Positions 29,250-38,770 of a stretch of DNA of 64,000 nt are shown here, in pieces. The position numbers were made by a program, and so were the translations under genes. Within the stretch, counting starts at the first letter, position 1. Every line of letters starts with the position of its first letter. This DNA comes from Candidatus Eiseniibacteriota bacterium. Its GTDB lineage: Bacteria > Eisenbacteria > RBG-16-71-46 > CAZAMP01. The stretch spans positions 1,344,001 through 1,408,000 of the forward strand of contig OZ245046.1 of NCBI GenBank assembly GCA_965224245.1, written 5' to 3'. The notes under the pieces were generated by a model. The model was given only the letters and a program-made list of their open reading frames with translations. It did not search any database and was not told the DNA's origin.

Positions 29250-30766
29250 CCGGTGCGCCAGGCCGCGTGGACGGCGCCGCGACCGGCGGCGGGGGCGGGG
29301 CGGCGGTCGGGACCGGTCCGGTCACCGGTGCCCCGGGCACGCTTCCCCTCCGGGTGCACGCGTACGTGGGCGGCACGATGCTCGTGGCGGTGCTCGTGAC
29401 CTGGCGGATGGGAGCTCCCGTGGATCCCCCGTTCACGCTCCTGGCCTGGTTTCTGGCCACGCTGGCGACCGAGCTCCTGTGGGTCGAGACGCTCCCGGGG
29501 CAGGCCACGACGTCCGTGGGCGCCGCGATGAACTTCGCATCGCTGTTCATGCTCTCGCCGGCCGGTGCGCTCTGGGTCATCGGTGCGGCGACGTTCCTCG
29601 GCACGCTCGTGCAACGCCGGCGCGCCTACCGCGCGGTGTTCGGGGGGGCCGCCGTCGTGCCGGTGGTGGCGCTGAGCGCGTCGGCGTTCCGCGCACTGGC
29701 CCGGATCGACGGCACGGACGTGAGCTGGATGACGGTCGAGACGGTCGCCGCGATGCTGGTGGCCTTCGTCGCGTTCTTCCTGTCGAACACGTTGATCGTG
29801 GCCGGTGTGATCTCGCTCAGCGAGGGCCAGCCCCTCAGGCGCGTGTGGCGGGAGAACTTCGCCCATCCGACCGAGATCCGCGAGACGGCGGCGCTCTTCG
29901 CGATGAGCCCGTTGATCATGATCGTGTACCGCGCGGTGGGCTGGCCCGGGTTCCTCCTGTTCGCGATCCCGCTGATCGTCCATCGCAACGCGAGCCTTCG
30001 CTTCATGACCCTCGAGCGCACGCAGCGATCGGTGCTGCGGAACGCGCGGCTGGCGGCCAAGGGCGAGATGGCGGCCGAGATCGCGCACGAGCTCAACAAC
30101 AGCCTGGCGGCGCTCGGGGGCAATGCCCAGCTCCTGGAGCATCAGATCGGAGGGGGCGGAGCGCCGGATCAGGCGCGGGTGAGGGCGCGCACGATCCACG
30201 AGCAGGTCGAGCGCATGCGGATCCTGACCGAGGGGCTCGTCGAGTTCGCGCACCGCAATGCCGTCCTCCAGGAGACCGACCTCGTGAGCCTGGTCGAACG
30301 AACGGTCGCGTTCCTGCGACCCCAGAGCCGGTTCGACGGAATCGACGTCCGACTGAACCTGGACGAGAACGTCGGGCTGGTGGCCGTGGACCAGGGACAG
30401 CTGCAGCAGGTGATCGTGAACCTGCTGTTCAACGCGGCCGACGCCACCCGCGAGCGACAGCAGACCGACCCCACCATGTCACCGGTGATCGAGGTTGCGC
30501 TGACGCGCTCGCGACGCGGGCGCGAGATCGGCATCGCCGTGCGGGATCACGGAACCGGGATCGATCGCAGCGTCATCGAGCGGATCTTCGAGCCCACGTT
30601 CACGACGAAGTCCGACGGTCACGGCTTCGGGCTGGCCACGTGCCACCGGATCGTGCAGAGCCACGGGGGGCGCATCGAGGTCGACACCCGGCTCGGGCAC
30701 GGCGCCACGTTCACGGTGGTGCTGCCGACCGCGACCCGGCCCGGCGCTCCGGGCGCAGCCGCCTGA
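29246..30766 (+). CDS. Membrane sensor histidine kinase with a multi-TM (MASE9-like) input domain
   Basis: About 7-8 TM helices, then EIAHELNNSL (H box), NLLFNAADA, DHGTGI, IFEPTFTTK, GHGFGL. Start uncertain. Confidence 0.85.
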   Translation: MTGAPGRVDGAATGGGGGAAVGTGPVTGAPGTLPLRVHAYVGGTMLVAVLVTWRMGAPVDPPFTLLAWFLATLATELLWVETLPGQATTSVGAAMNFASLFMLSPAGALWVIGAATFLGTLVQRRRAYRAVFGGAAVVPVVALSASAFRALARIDGTDVSWMTVETVAAMLVAFVAFFLSNTLIVAGVISLSEGQPLRRVWRENFAHPTEIRETAALFAMSPLIMIVYRAVGWPGFLLFAIPLIVHRNASLRFMTLERTQRSVLRNARLAAKGEMAAEIAHELNNSLAALGGNAQLLEHQIGGGGAPDQARVRARTIHEQVERMRILTEGLVEFAHRNAVLQETDLVSLVERTVAFLRPQSRFDGIDVRLNLDENVGLVAVDQGQLQQVIVNLLFNAADATRERQQTDPTMSPVIEVALTRSRRGREIGIAVRDHGTGIDRSVIERIFEPTFTTKSDGHGFGLATCHRIVQSHGGRIEVDTRLGHGATFTVVLPTATRPGAPGAAA

Positions 30767-30841
30767 TCGCGGTCGTCATCCCCGGAGCGCGTACGTCGCG
30801 GCGGTCGGATGGGCCCCTGGGGCCGCGGGGCGGCCGAGGGG

Positions 30842-31384
30842 TCAGCCGTCGAGTCGCTCCATCTCCTCGCGGATGCGTGCCCGCACGGGATCCGAGCTCG
30901 CCGGCCGGTCGGCCGCGGTGCCGGCCGTCGGCTCGGGCTCCGATCGGCGCCAGCGCAGCGTCGCGATCAGACCCAGCCCCACGAGCACGGCGATCGGCGT
31001 CATCCAGTAGGCCAGGCGGTTGAAGCCCTTGGGCGACGGCTCGACGAGAATGCGTTCGCCGTAGCGTTCGACGTAGGCGGCGATGATCTCGTCGTCCGAC
31101 CATCCCTCGGCGATCTTGGCGCGGATGTCGGCCTGCACGACGGGGGCCTGGCCCGAGCCGTGGTCGGCCACCGAGGCCGTCCAGCAGCAGGGCGCCACGA
31201 GCTCGTGATCGAGCGCCTCGGCTCGTGCCTCCTGTTCGGGGGTCAGGACCGGCGCGTCGGCGGCGACGGCCCGCCCGGCCATCGCGAGCACGCACGCGCA
31301 GATGACCGCGCCTCCTCGGACCCCGCGAACGATGCGGGCGGCGAAGGGACGGACGTCGGCAGGAACCCTGTGGATCGGTGTCAT
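30842..31384 (-). CDS. ccmH: Cytochrome c maturation protein, CcmH/NrfF-like
   Basis: Signal-like segment, ELVAPCCWTASVADHGS, GWSDDEIIAAYVERYGERILVEP, C-terminal TM helix. Confidence 0.75.
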   Translation of the reverse strand: MTPIHRVPADVRPFAARIVRGVRGGAVICACVLAMAGRAVAADAPVLTPEQEARAEALDHELVAPCCWTASVADHGSGQAPVVQADIRAKIAEGWSDDEIIAAYVERYGERILVEPSPKGFNRLAYWMTPIAVLVGLGLIATLRWRRSEPEPTAGTAADRPASSDPVRARIREEMERLDG

Positions 31385-31478
31385 CTCGAAACCTCGTGCG
31401 TTGTCGTCCGTGGCCTACTATACCGATTCCGAGAAGCCGCCCGCCATCGTTCTCGGCGGGCACCCGGGCGGGAGCCAC

Positions 31479-32876
31479 ATGACGACGAACCCCTCGCTGC
31501 GAGATCGGTTTCGGGCCGCCGCGCCACGGTCGCTGGTGACGCTGCTCGAACGACTGCACGCGGCCGGACACGCCGCCTATCTGGCCGGAGGATCGGTCAG
31601 GGACCTCGTGGGCGGGGCCGAGGTCTCCGACTGGGACGTGGCGACGTCCGCGCACCCGCCGGAGGTCGCCGATCTGTTCGCGCGCACGACGCTGCTCCAT
31701 GCCGCCCACGGGACCGTACAGGTCCGGCTGGGGCGCGACCGGTACGAGCTGACGACCTTCCGCGCGGACGGTCCCTACGGGGACGGCCGCCGCCCGGATC
31801 ACGTCCGCTTCTCGGACACGATCGACGAGGATCTGGCCCGCCGCGACTTCACGATCAATGCGATGGCCTACGATCCGCTCGCCGATCGGCTTGAGGATCC
31901 GCACGGAGGGCGGGCCGACCTCGAGGCGCGGGTGCTCCGGACCGTCGGCGACCCGGCCGTGCGCTTCGGTGAGGACGCGCTCCGCCTGGTCCGCGCCGCT
32001 CGGTTCGTGTCGAGCCACGACCTGACCCTGGAGTCCGTGACGCGTCGGGAGATGACGCGCCTGGCGCCGAGCGTGTCGCGCGTGTCGGCCGAGCGCGTCC
32101 GGGACGAGCTGGCGAAGATGCTGTCGCACCGGCGCCCCTCGCGAGCGTTCCGATGCATGGCCGACACGGGGCTTCTGGACCGGCTCCTGCCCGAGCTGTC
32201 GGCCACGATCGGTGTCACACAGAACCCGGACTACCACGCGTACGACGTCTTCGACCACACGCTGGCCGCGGTGGATCACGTCCCGCCCTCGCGGCCACGG
32301 GTGCGCTGGGCGGCGCTCCTTCACGACGTGGGCAAGGCCGAGACGCGGGAGCTGCGGGGGGGGCGCGTGACGTTCTACGGACACGAGCGCGTGAGCGCGG
32401 ACGCCGCGCGTGTTCGGCTGACGGCGCTCCGACTCGGGCGACGCGAGGTCGACCGCGTCGTCCACCTGATCGCCCGACACATGTGGAACTACCAGCCCGA
32501 GTGGTCCGACGGCGCCGTGCGCCGCTTCGTCGCCCGGGTCGGACGGGATGCGATCGACGACTTGTTCGCGCTGCGCGTGGCCGATAAGCTGGCCAAGGGA
32601 CCGCACGAGTCCCCGCCGGCGGAGCTCGACGCACTCTCGGCGCGCATCCAGGACCTCGTCCGGCGGGAGTCCGCGTTCAGCATCTCCGACCTCGCGGTGG
32701 ACGGGCGCGATCTGATGGCACATCTCGGACTCTCGGAGGGGGTGACGGTGGGGAGACTCTTGCGCCAGCTCCTGGATCACGTGCTCGAGCACGGCGAGAA
32801 CCGTCGCGATGCGCTCCTGGCGGTCGCCGAGCGGCTACACGCCGGATCCGGCGGCGTCGACGCGGACGGACGATGA
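31479..32876 (+). CDS. cca: tRNA nucleotidyltransferase (CCA-adding) with HD domain
   Basis: YLAGGSVRD, DWDVATSA, DLARRDFTINAMA, EDALRLVRAARF, ALLHDVGK. Confidence 0.85.
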   Translation: MTTNPSLRDRFRAAAPRSLVTLLERLHAAGHAAYLAGGSVRDLVGGAEVSDWDVATSAHPPEVADLFARTTLLHAAHGTVQVRLGRDRYELTTFRADGPYGDGRRPDHVRFSDTIDEDLARRDFTINAMAYDPLADRLEDPHGGRADLEARVLRTVGDPAVRFGEDALRLVRAARFVSSHDLTLESVTRREMTRLAPSVSRVSAERVRDELAKMLSHRRPSRAFRCMADTGLLDRLLPELSATIGVTQNPDYHAYDVFDHTLAAVDHVPPSRPRVRWAALLHDVGKAETRELRGGRVTFYGHERVSADAARVRLTALRLGRREVDRVVHLIARHMWNYQPEWSDGAVRRFVARVGRDAIDDLFALRVADKLAKGPHESPPAELDALSARIQDLVRRESAFSISDLAVDGRDLMAHLGLSEGVTVGRLLRQLLDHVLEHGENRRDALLAVAERLHAGSGGVDADGR

Positions 32877-34258
32877 CGAATCCCGAGACCCGAGGGGGGG
32901 GCACGTCGGCGCCCGACGCGGGGATGCAACCGGTCTGGGTCCGGGCGGTCGCACGCGCCGGAGGGGCGCTCCTTGGGATCGCGCTCGTGCTCTTTCTCTC
33001 GTGCGCCGGTGACGCCTCGCCCGACGGCGCGTCATCGTCGGACGGCCGCGCTCTCGACCCTCGAACCGACCTTCCGGCGCCCGTGGCCGAGCTGACCACC
33101 GAGCGTCTGGCCCGCGGGTCGACGCTAGCGGCCACCCTCACCGAGCTGGGGCTGGATCGGGCCGCCTCGCACGCGATCAGCACCGCCGTCGACTCGGTGC
33201 ACTCGGTTCGCTCACTGCCCGCCGGCCTCGAGGTCGCCCTCGCGCGCACCGACGCCGGAGAGCCGCTCGAGGTCGGTCTCGCCATGGATCGGCGCACGAC
33301 GATCTCGGTCCGTCTGGTCGGGGATCGCTGGCACGCCGAGCGGATCGAACGCCCCCTCGCGCGCTACGTGCAGTTCGTCGCGGGCACCATCGACGTGAGC
33401 CTCTACGACGCCATCGTGTCCGCCGGCGGGAGCCCCGCACTGGTGGCCCAGGTCTCCGACATCCTCCAGTGGGACGTCGACTTCTTCATCGATCCGCGGC
33501 CGGGCGACGCCTTCGCGCTGCTGGTGGACGTCGAGGTCGACGGGCAGGAGATCGTGTCCTACGGCGACATTCTGTGCGTGCGCTACGAGGGCACGCGGGC
33601 CGGCGCCGACGCGTTCGGCTACCACGACGGCGACCGCATCCGGTACTACCGGCCAGACGGCTCGTCGGTTCAACGTGCGCTCCTGAAGTCACCGCTGAAC
33701 TACCGCCGCATCTCGAGCCACTTCAGCCACAAGCGCATGCACCCGATCCTGCACCGCTACCGGCCGCATCTCGGGGTCGACTATGCCGCCGACGTGGGCA
33801 CGCCCGTCGTCACGATCGGCGACGGGACGGTGGCCGAGGTCGGAACCAAGGGCGGCTTCGGACGAACCGTCGTCGTGCGACACAACGCCACCCTGAGCAC
33901 GCAGTACGCGCACCTCTCGCGCTACGGCAAGGGCATCCGCACCGGCGCCCGGGTCACGCAGGGGCAGATCGTGGGGTACGTCGGCTCCACCGGACTCTCG
34001 ACGGGACCGCATCTCGACTTCCGATGCCGCGTGAACGGCTCCTACGTGAATCCGCTGACGCTGGATCGTCCACCGGCCGAGCCCCTTCCGGAGCCCCATC
34101 GGGATGCGTTCGGCGACTGGGTGCGGGTGTGCGAGGAGGCCCTGGCCACGTTGCCCGGGTGCGGCTTCGTGGCCGGTCCCGCCTTCGATGCACGGTACCT
34201 GCCGGATCCGCCGCGTACCGCGTCGGCGTCCACGTTTCCGTCCAGGATTCCCGGATGA
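32873..34258 (+). CDS. M23 family peptidoglycan endopeptidase (MepM/OapA-like)
   Basis: ISSHFSHKRMHPIL, HLGVDYAA, YAHLS, GSTGLSTGPHLDF. Confidence 0.85.
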   Translation: MTNPETRGGGTSAPDAGMQPVWVRAVARAGGALLGIALVLFLSCAGDASPDGASSSDGRALDPRTDLPAPVAELTTERLARGSTLAATLTELGLDRAASHAISTAVDSVHSVRSLPAGLEVALARTDAGEPLEVGLAMDRRTTISVRLVGDRWHAERIERPLARYVQFVAGTIDVSLYDAIVSAGGSPALVAQVSDILQWDVDFFIDPRPGDAFALLVDVEVDGQEIVSYGDILCVRYEGTRAGADAFGYHDGDRIRYYRPDGSSVQRALLKSPLNYRRISSHFSHKRMHPILHRYRPHLGVDYAADVGTPVVTIGDGTVAEVGTKGGFGRTVVVRHNATLSTQYAHLSRYGKGIRTGARVTQGQIVGYVGSTGLSTGPHLDFRCRVNGSYVNPLTLDRPPAEPLPEPHRDAFGDWVRVCEEALATLPGCGFVAGPAFDARYLPDPPRTASASTFPSRIPG

Positions 34259-34285
34259 GGGCGTCCGGCGAGCCCGGCCGCTCGG

Positions 34286-34315
34286 TTGACAGTTTCCGAA
34301 GCCCTCTGCTACCGT
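34286..34315 (+). promoter_or_regulatory. Putative sigma70 promoter
   Basis: TTGACA-N18-TACCGT with an extended -10 TG. Confidence 0.45.
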
Positions 34316-34399
34316 CGCGCGCTTGGAGCAAATCGATGGGAGCGCCATTTGGGTCTCGTTGACGCGGAAGGTGACGGCGTGCTGTCCGGCGCGCGTCCC

Positions 34400-35404
34400 A
34401 TGAGTTTCTTGCTCGAACAGCGGCGCGATGCGGTCCTGAAGGCGTTCCGTGCGCCGGTCGCGCGCGAGCTCGCGGCGACCGCCGACGTCGTGCGCGACTT
34501 CTACGACTCCCAGAGTCATCTGCTCACGCAGACCGCGGCTCACCTGGACGGCACACCCGGCAAGCGCGTGCGTCCGACGCTGCTCCTGCTGGTCGCTGCG
34601 ATGGGGCGTCCGCTCGATTCCACGGCGGTGATGGCCGCGGCCATGCTGGAGCTGGTACATACGGCCACGCTGATCCACGACGACTCCATCGATCGCAGTC
34701 TCGTGCGCCGCGGGCTTCCCACGATCAACGCACTCTGGGACGACAAGGTCTCGGTCATTCTCGGCGACTATCTCTACACCAAGGCGTTCGAGCGGCTCGT
34801 GGCGGAGAAGCTCTGGAAGCCGGTCGCGATCCTCAGTCGGTGCGCGTACCGCATGTCGCTGGGCGAGCTCCTGGCGATGGAGCAGAAGGACGACATGGGG
34901 CTCGAGGAGGGCGCGTACTTCGAGTACATCTCGGCCAAGACGGCGTCGCTGATCTCCGCCGCCTGCGAGATCGGCGCCGCCATCGGCTTCGACGACGACG
35001 ACACGCACGAGCGGTTCCGGCTGTTCGGGCACGAGCTCGGCATGGCCTATCAGATCACGGACGATCTGTTCGACTACACCGGCGACGCCGCCGCGCTCGG
35101 CAAGGACGTCGGGTCGGACCTGAAGGAAGGCAAGATCACGCTCCCCATCATCCGGGCGCTCCGGCACGCGTCGCCGGACCTGCGCGCGCTGATCCACGAC
35201 GTGCTCGCCGATCGGACGATGTCGGCCGAGCGCTGGCAACGACTGAAGGTGCATCTCGACGAGTCCGGCTCGATCGCGTACTGCGCCGATCTGGCGCGCG
35301 AGTACGCCGACCGCGCGCTGTCTCGGCTCGAGCCGTGCGTTGCGAGCCCTCACAAGGACGCGCTGACGCTGGCGGTCTCGTTCGCCGTGCAGCGCTCCCA
35401 CTGA
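34400..35404 (+). CDS. ispB: Long-chain polyprenyl diphosphate synthase (IspB/HepT-like)
   Basis: GKRVRP, ELVHTATLIHDDSID (small Ala five residues before DDxxD, so long chain), KTASL, YQITDDLFD. Confidence 0.8.
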   Translation: MSFLLEQRRDAVLKAFRAPVARELAATADVVRDFYDSQSHLLTQTAAHLDGTPGKRVRPTLLLLVAAMGRPLDSTAVMAAAMLELVHTATLIHDDSIDRSLVRRGLPTINALWDDKVSVILGDYLYTKAFERLVAEKLWKPVAILSRCAYRMSLGELLAMEQKDDMGLEEGAYFEYISAKTASLISAACEIGAAIGFDDDDTHERFRLFGHELGMAYQITDDLFDYTGDAAALGKDVGSDLKEGKITLPIIRALRHASPDLRALIHDVLADRTMSAERWQRLKVHLDESGSIAYCADLAREYADRALSRLEPCVASPHKDALTLAVSFAVQRSH

Positions 35405-35494
35405 GGGTGCCGGAGCTTGCACGAACGCGACCTCACATCCATGGGGGGGCGGGCGACCACGCCCCCGGGCCACCGAACATCGGAGGACGCCGCG

Positions 35495-35875
35495 GTGACA
35501 CGAGCGGCCGATGCAGCTGAGATTCTGGAACGAGCGGTCGTGATCCTGAACGACATGAAGGCGGAGGACGTCGTGGCGCTGGACCTCCGGGGTCTGTCGT
35601 CCGTCGCCGACTACTTCCTGATCGCCTCGGGAGGATCCGAGCAGCACGTGCGTGCGCTCGCGAAGGCCGTGGACAAGGGGCTCTCGGCCGAGGGCATCAA
35701 GGTGTGGCATCGCGAGGGCGAGGATGGACGGCGCTGGATCCTGCTCGACTACGTGGACGTGGTCATTCATCTGTTCCACGTCGAGACGCGCCAGTTCTAC
35801 CGGCTGGAGAACCTCTGGGGCGATGCGAAACGCGTTTCCTTCTCTACGAGGACCTCTTCGTCGGAAGCTGGCTGA
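35495..35875 (+). CDS. rsfS: Ribosome silencing factor RsfS
   Basis: KAEDVVALDL, DYFLIASG, WILLDYVDVVIHLF, RQFYRLENLW. Confidence 0.92.
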   Translation: MTRAADAAEILERAVVILNDMKAEDVVALDLRGLSSVADYFLIASGGSEQHVRALAKAVDKGLSAEGIKVWHREGEDGRRWILLDYVDVVIHLFHVETRQFYRLENLWGDAKRVSFSTRTSSSEAG

Positions 35876-36866
35876 CGCGTTTCCCGATCTCGGGGATGGC
35901 GAACGCGTCCGGCTGTCGCTGCCGTCGGTCGGTCCGCGCCAGGCGATCACGTCGGTCGCGCACGCGCTGTCCGCGGCGAGAGGCGCGTCGCTCGACGCGG
36001 CGCTCGCCGCGGCCCGCGATGCGCTGGAGCGGGATCCGGACGTGCAAAGCATCGAGGCTCGATCCCGGGGACTCCTGGCGTTCGACCTGCGTGACGAGTG
36101 GTGGTGGCGGCTCGTCGAGTCGCTGCATGCGACGCGTTACCGAGCGGCGACGTCCGCGTCGGCCGGACGCGTGGACATCGTGGCCGACGCACCCCGGGGC
36201 GGGAGTCGCCGCGATCCCACGTTTGCCCGGGTCGAGCTGGTCGTGGCCGCGCTCGAGCGGGCATGGCGGTGGCGCGGCGCGGACGTCGACGTGAGCGTGG
36301 TGGAAGCGGACGGGGACGGCGGGCGGATCCGCGTGCGACGACCTCGGGGGGACTCGATGCGCCTGAGCGTGGGACCGGTGCGCGCCCGAGGTCTCGACCC
36401 GCGTCGGGCCGAGATCCGTCTGGCCATGCTGGCGCCGGCACCGGCGCAGCCGATCGCCGAGGCCGCCGTCGAGCGGCTTCTCGAAGCGGCCGCGACGGCG
36501 CGGCGACGGATCGCCGACTGGTCGACCCGCGTGGCGTACGCGACCCGCGGGCGCGATCCGCTGGACGCACCGTGCCCGTCGGCGGCCGACGTGGCCGCGC
36601 TGGGACCGACCGCGTGGGTGGCCGTGCGGGCCGCGCTGGGGACAGGGGAGGTGCTCGATCGGCTCGCCGACACCGGGGACGTCGGCGCGATCTGGCGCCA
36701 CGTCTCCGGCGTGATCGCGGCCGGGCGCGCGTTCGAGCGCGAGGCCGGGCTCGTATCCGAGGAGCCCGGTGGGCATCGCGCCCGTCTCGCCGTCGCCGAT
36801 CTCGTTCGGCGAGCAGCTCTGGTAGGATTTGACGTTGCCGGTGTCGAGGCACCGAGCCGACTCTGA
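35823..36866 (+). CDS. Degenerate arginyl-tRNA synthetase-like protein (N-terminal and DALR-like domains, no HIGH/KMSKS)
   Basis: N-terminal segment resembles the ArgRS Add1 domain (...SIEARSRGLLAFDL). C-terminus RARLAVADLVRRAALVGFDVAGVEAPSRL resembles the DALR end. Open 347-aa frame. Confidence 0.55.
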   Translation: MRNAFPSLRGPLRRKLADAFPDLGDGERVRLSLPSVGPRQAITSVAHALSAARGASLDAALAAARDALERDPDVQSIEARSRGLLAFDLRDEWWWRLVESLHATRYRAATSASAGRVDIVADAPRGGSRRDPTFARVELVVAALERAWRWRGADVDVSVVEADGDGGRIRVRRPRGDSMRLSVGPVRARGLDPRRAEIRLAMLAPAPAQPIAEAAVERLLEAAATARRRIADWSTRVAYATRGRDPLDAPCPSAADVAALGPTAWVAVRAALGTGEVLDRLADTGDVGAIWRHVSGVIAAGRAFEREAGLVSEEPGGHRARLAVADLVRRAALVGFDVAGVEAPSRL

Positions 36867-36879
36867 CGAGGTGGAGCTC

Positions 36880-37818
36880 ATGAGCGTGCTGGTGGTTGGA
36901 TCGGTGGCCCTGGACGACATCCGAACGCCGTCGGGGCATGCGCCCCGCGTGCTCGGCGGATCCGCGTCGTACTTCTCGCTGGCGGCACGCGTGTTCGCGC
37001 CCGTGCGCATCGTGGCGGTGGTGGGCGAGGACTTTCCCACCGAGCACCTGTCGATGCTCGCCGGTCGCGGCATCGACGTGACGGGAGTGGCCCGCGAGCC
37101 CGGCGAGAGCTTCTTCTGGGCCGGCTCGTACGACGCGGATCTGAAGCAGGCGACCACGCACGAGACGCGTCTCGGAGTGTTCGAGACGTTCGCCCCGGTG
37201 CTCTCCGCCGACCAGCGGCGATCGCCGTACGTGTTCCTGGCCAACATCGATCCCGAGCTCCAGGCCTCGGTCCTGGATCAGGTCTCGGACGCGCGTCTGG
37301 TCGTCATGGACACGATGAACTTCTGGATCCAGGGCAAGCGTCCCGCCCTCGAGCGGGTCCTGCCACGCGTGGACGTCGTCCTCGTGAACGACGAGGAGCT
37401 GGCGCTCTTGACCGGTGACCACGACGTCATCCGGGCGTCGCGCACGTTTCTGGAGAGCGACTTCGCGCCGCGACGCGGCGTGGTGATCAAGAAGGGCGCG
37501 AACGGCGCGCTGCTTCGCACCCGAGACGATCTCTTCGCCATGCCCGCATTTCCCACCGAGTGCGTGGTGGACCCCACCGGCGCCGGCGACACCTTTGCCG
37601 GCGGCTTCGTGGGGCACGTGGCGGCCCGCGACGCCACCGATTCGGGGGTCCTTCGCGAGGCGACGGCGCGGGGCATCGCGATGGCCTCGTTCACGGTGGA
37701 GGCGTTCTCGACCGACCGTCTCGCGCGGGTCACGCCAGCCGAGCTGACGACCCGGCTCGACATGCTTCGCGACATGACGCGCATCGACGTCCCGTCCGGC
37801 GCGCGAGTGGGACGGTAG
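36880..37818 (+). CDS. PfkB family carbohydrate/nucleoside kinase
   Basis: VVGSVALD, GGSASY, DPTGAGDTFAGG. Confidence 0.88.
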   Translation: MSVLVVGSVALDDIRTPSGHAPRVLGGSASYFSLAARVFAPVRIVAVVGEDFPTEHLSMLAGRGIDVTGVAREPGESFFWAGSYDADLKQATTHETRLGVFETFAPVLSADQRRSPYVFLANIDPELQASVLDQVSDARLVVMDTMNFWIQGKRPALERVLPRVDVVLVNDEELALLTGDHDVIRASRTFLESDFAPRRGVVIKKGANGALLRTRDDLFAMPAFPTECVVDPTGAGDTFAGGFVGHVAARDATDSGVLREATARGIAMASFTVEAFSTDRLARVTPAELTTRLDMLRDMTRIDVPSGARVGR

Positions 37819-37948
37819 GGCCGGCGCCGGCGGACGCGCCGCTTGCGGGAACGCGACCCGAGTGGTATCCCTCGGCTCGGATACGCGCCGCGCGCGTCCA
37901 CGGTGGCCGCGCGGGCTCGGTCCTCCGCTCCCGGCTCGGAGCTCGCCA

Positions 37949-38680
37949 GTGCCAGTGGACATCGGTGACGACGCGACCCGCCGACGGGTCGAAGACAGCC
38001 TCGCGCGCATCGACGGTGTCGAGCACGTTCGCATCGTCGCGTCCGGGTCCCAGATCACCGAGGTTCACGTCGTGGCCCGCGACGTCCGTCCGCCCAAGCA
38101 GGTCGCGCGCGACATCGTCTCGGCGCTCCGGGCCGTTCACGACGTCGACGTCGACCACCGCAAGGTGAGCGTGGCCACGTTCGGGCCGAAGGCGGGCCGC
38201 TCGGACCCGTCTCCGACCCGTGGGAAGCCCTTTGTCTCCGAAAATGGTAGAGGTAGGGGTCGTATTTGCTTGTCGTCGATCTCCTTACGTGATTCCAGGT
38301 CTGACGTCGACGTGGAGGTGGCGCTCGTTTGCGGCGGGCGAGAGGTCTCCGGTCGGGCCCGCGGGCCCGCGGGCGGAGATCGCATCGCGCGCCTGATGGC
38401 CTCGGCCACGGCCCGGGCCGTCGGGCATCTGCTCGACGCGCGCTATCGCGTGGACACCGACGACGTTCGCCTTGTATCGTTCGCCTCTCGGCGAGCGGTG
38501 CTGGTCACGGTGACGGTCGGGTGCAACCGCGAGCGGCGCGAGCTGCTGGGGAGCGCCTGGATCGACGACGACGTCGGCGGCGCCGCGGTGCATGCGACGC
38601 TGGACGCGGTCAACCGCGTCTTCGGTCGCCTGGATCGCCGGAAGACAACCGAATACGTGGTGGGGCCGTCGTCTCCCTGA
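37949..38680 (+). CDS. Conserved hypothetical protein (EVHVV...PKQVARDI...DHRKVSVA family)
   Basis: Coding-like codon use and a recognisable conserved N-terminal block. C-terminal beta-beta-beta-alpha repeat ends ATLDAVNR. Start uncertain (37949 or 37955). Confidence 0.65.
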   Translation: MPVDIGDDATRRRVEDSLARIDGVEHVRIVASGSQITEVHVVARDVRPPKQVARDIVSALRAVHDVDVDHRKVSVATFGPKAGRSDPSPTRGKPFVSENGRGRGRICLSSISLRDSRSDVDVEVALVCGGREVSGRARGPAGGDRIARLMASATARAVGHLLDARYRVDTDDVRLVSFASRRAVLVTVTVGCNRERRELLGSAWIDDDVGGAAVHATLDAVNRVFGRLDRRKTTEYVVGPSSP

Positions 38681-38690
38681 GCGACGAACC

Positions 38691-38721
38691 AGCGTAGCGA
38701 GTAGCGTCCATAGCGTAGCGA
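38691..38721 (+). promoter_or_regulatory. Direct repeat AGCGTAGCGA x2 with a 21-bp period, putative regulator binding site
   Basis: 38691-38700 and 38712-38721 are identical 10-mers, with an additional GTAGCG between them. Confidence 0.45.
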
Positions 38722-38770
38722 CTTTGCCCGGGAAGATCCCGTTCCTGTCTCCTTCCGGAGGTGGAGTCGT

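Noticed and set aside
33995-34025. HLD instead of HxH in the M23 peptidase
   Set aside because: The GPHLDF variant is, to my knowledge, common in this subfamily and not distinctive.
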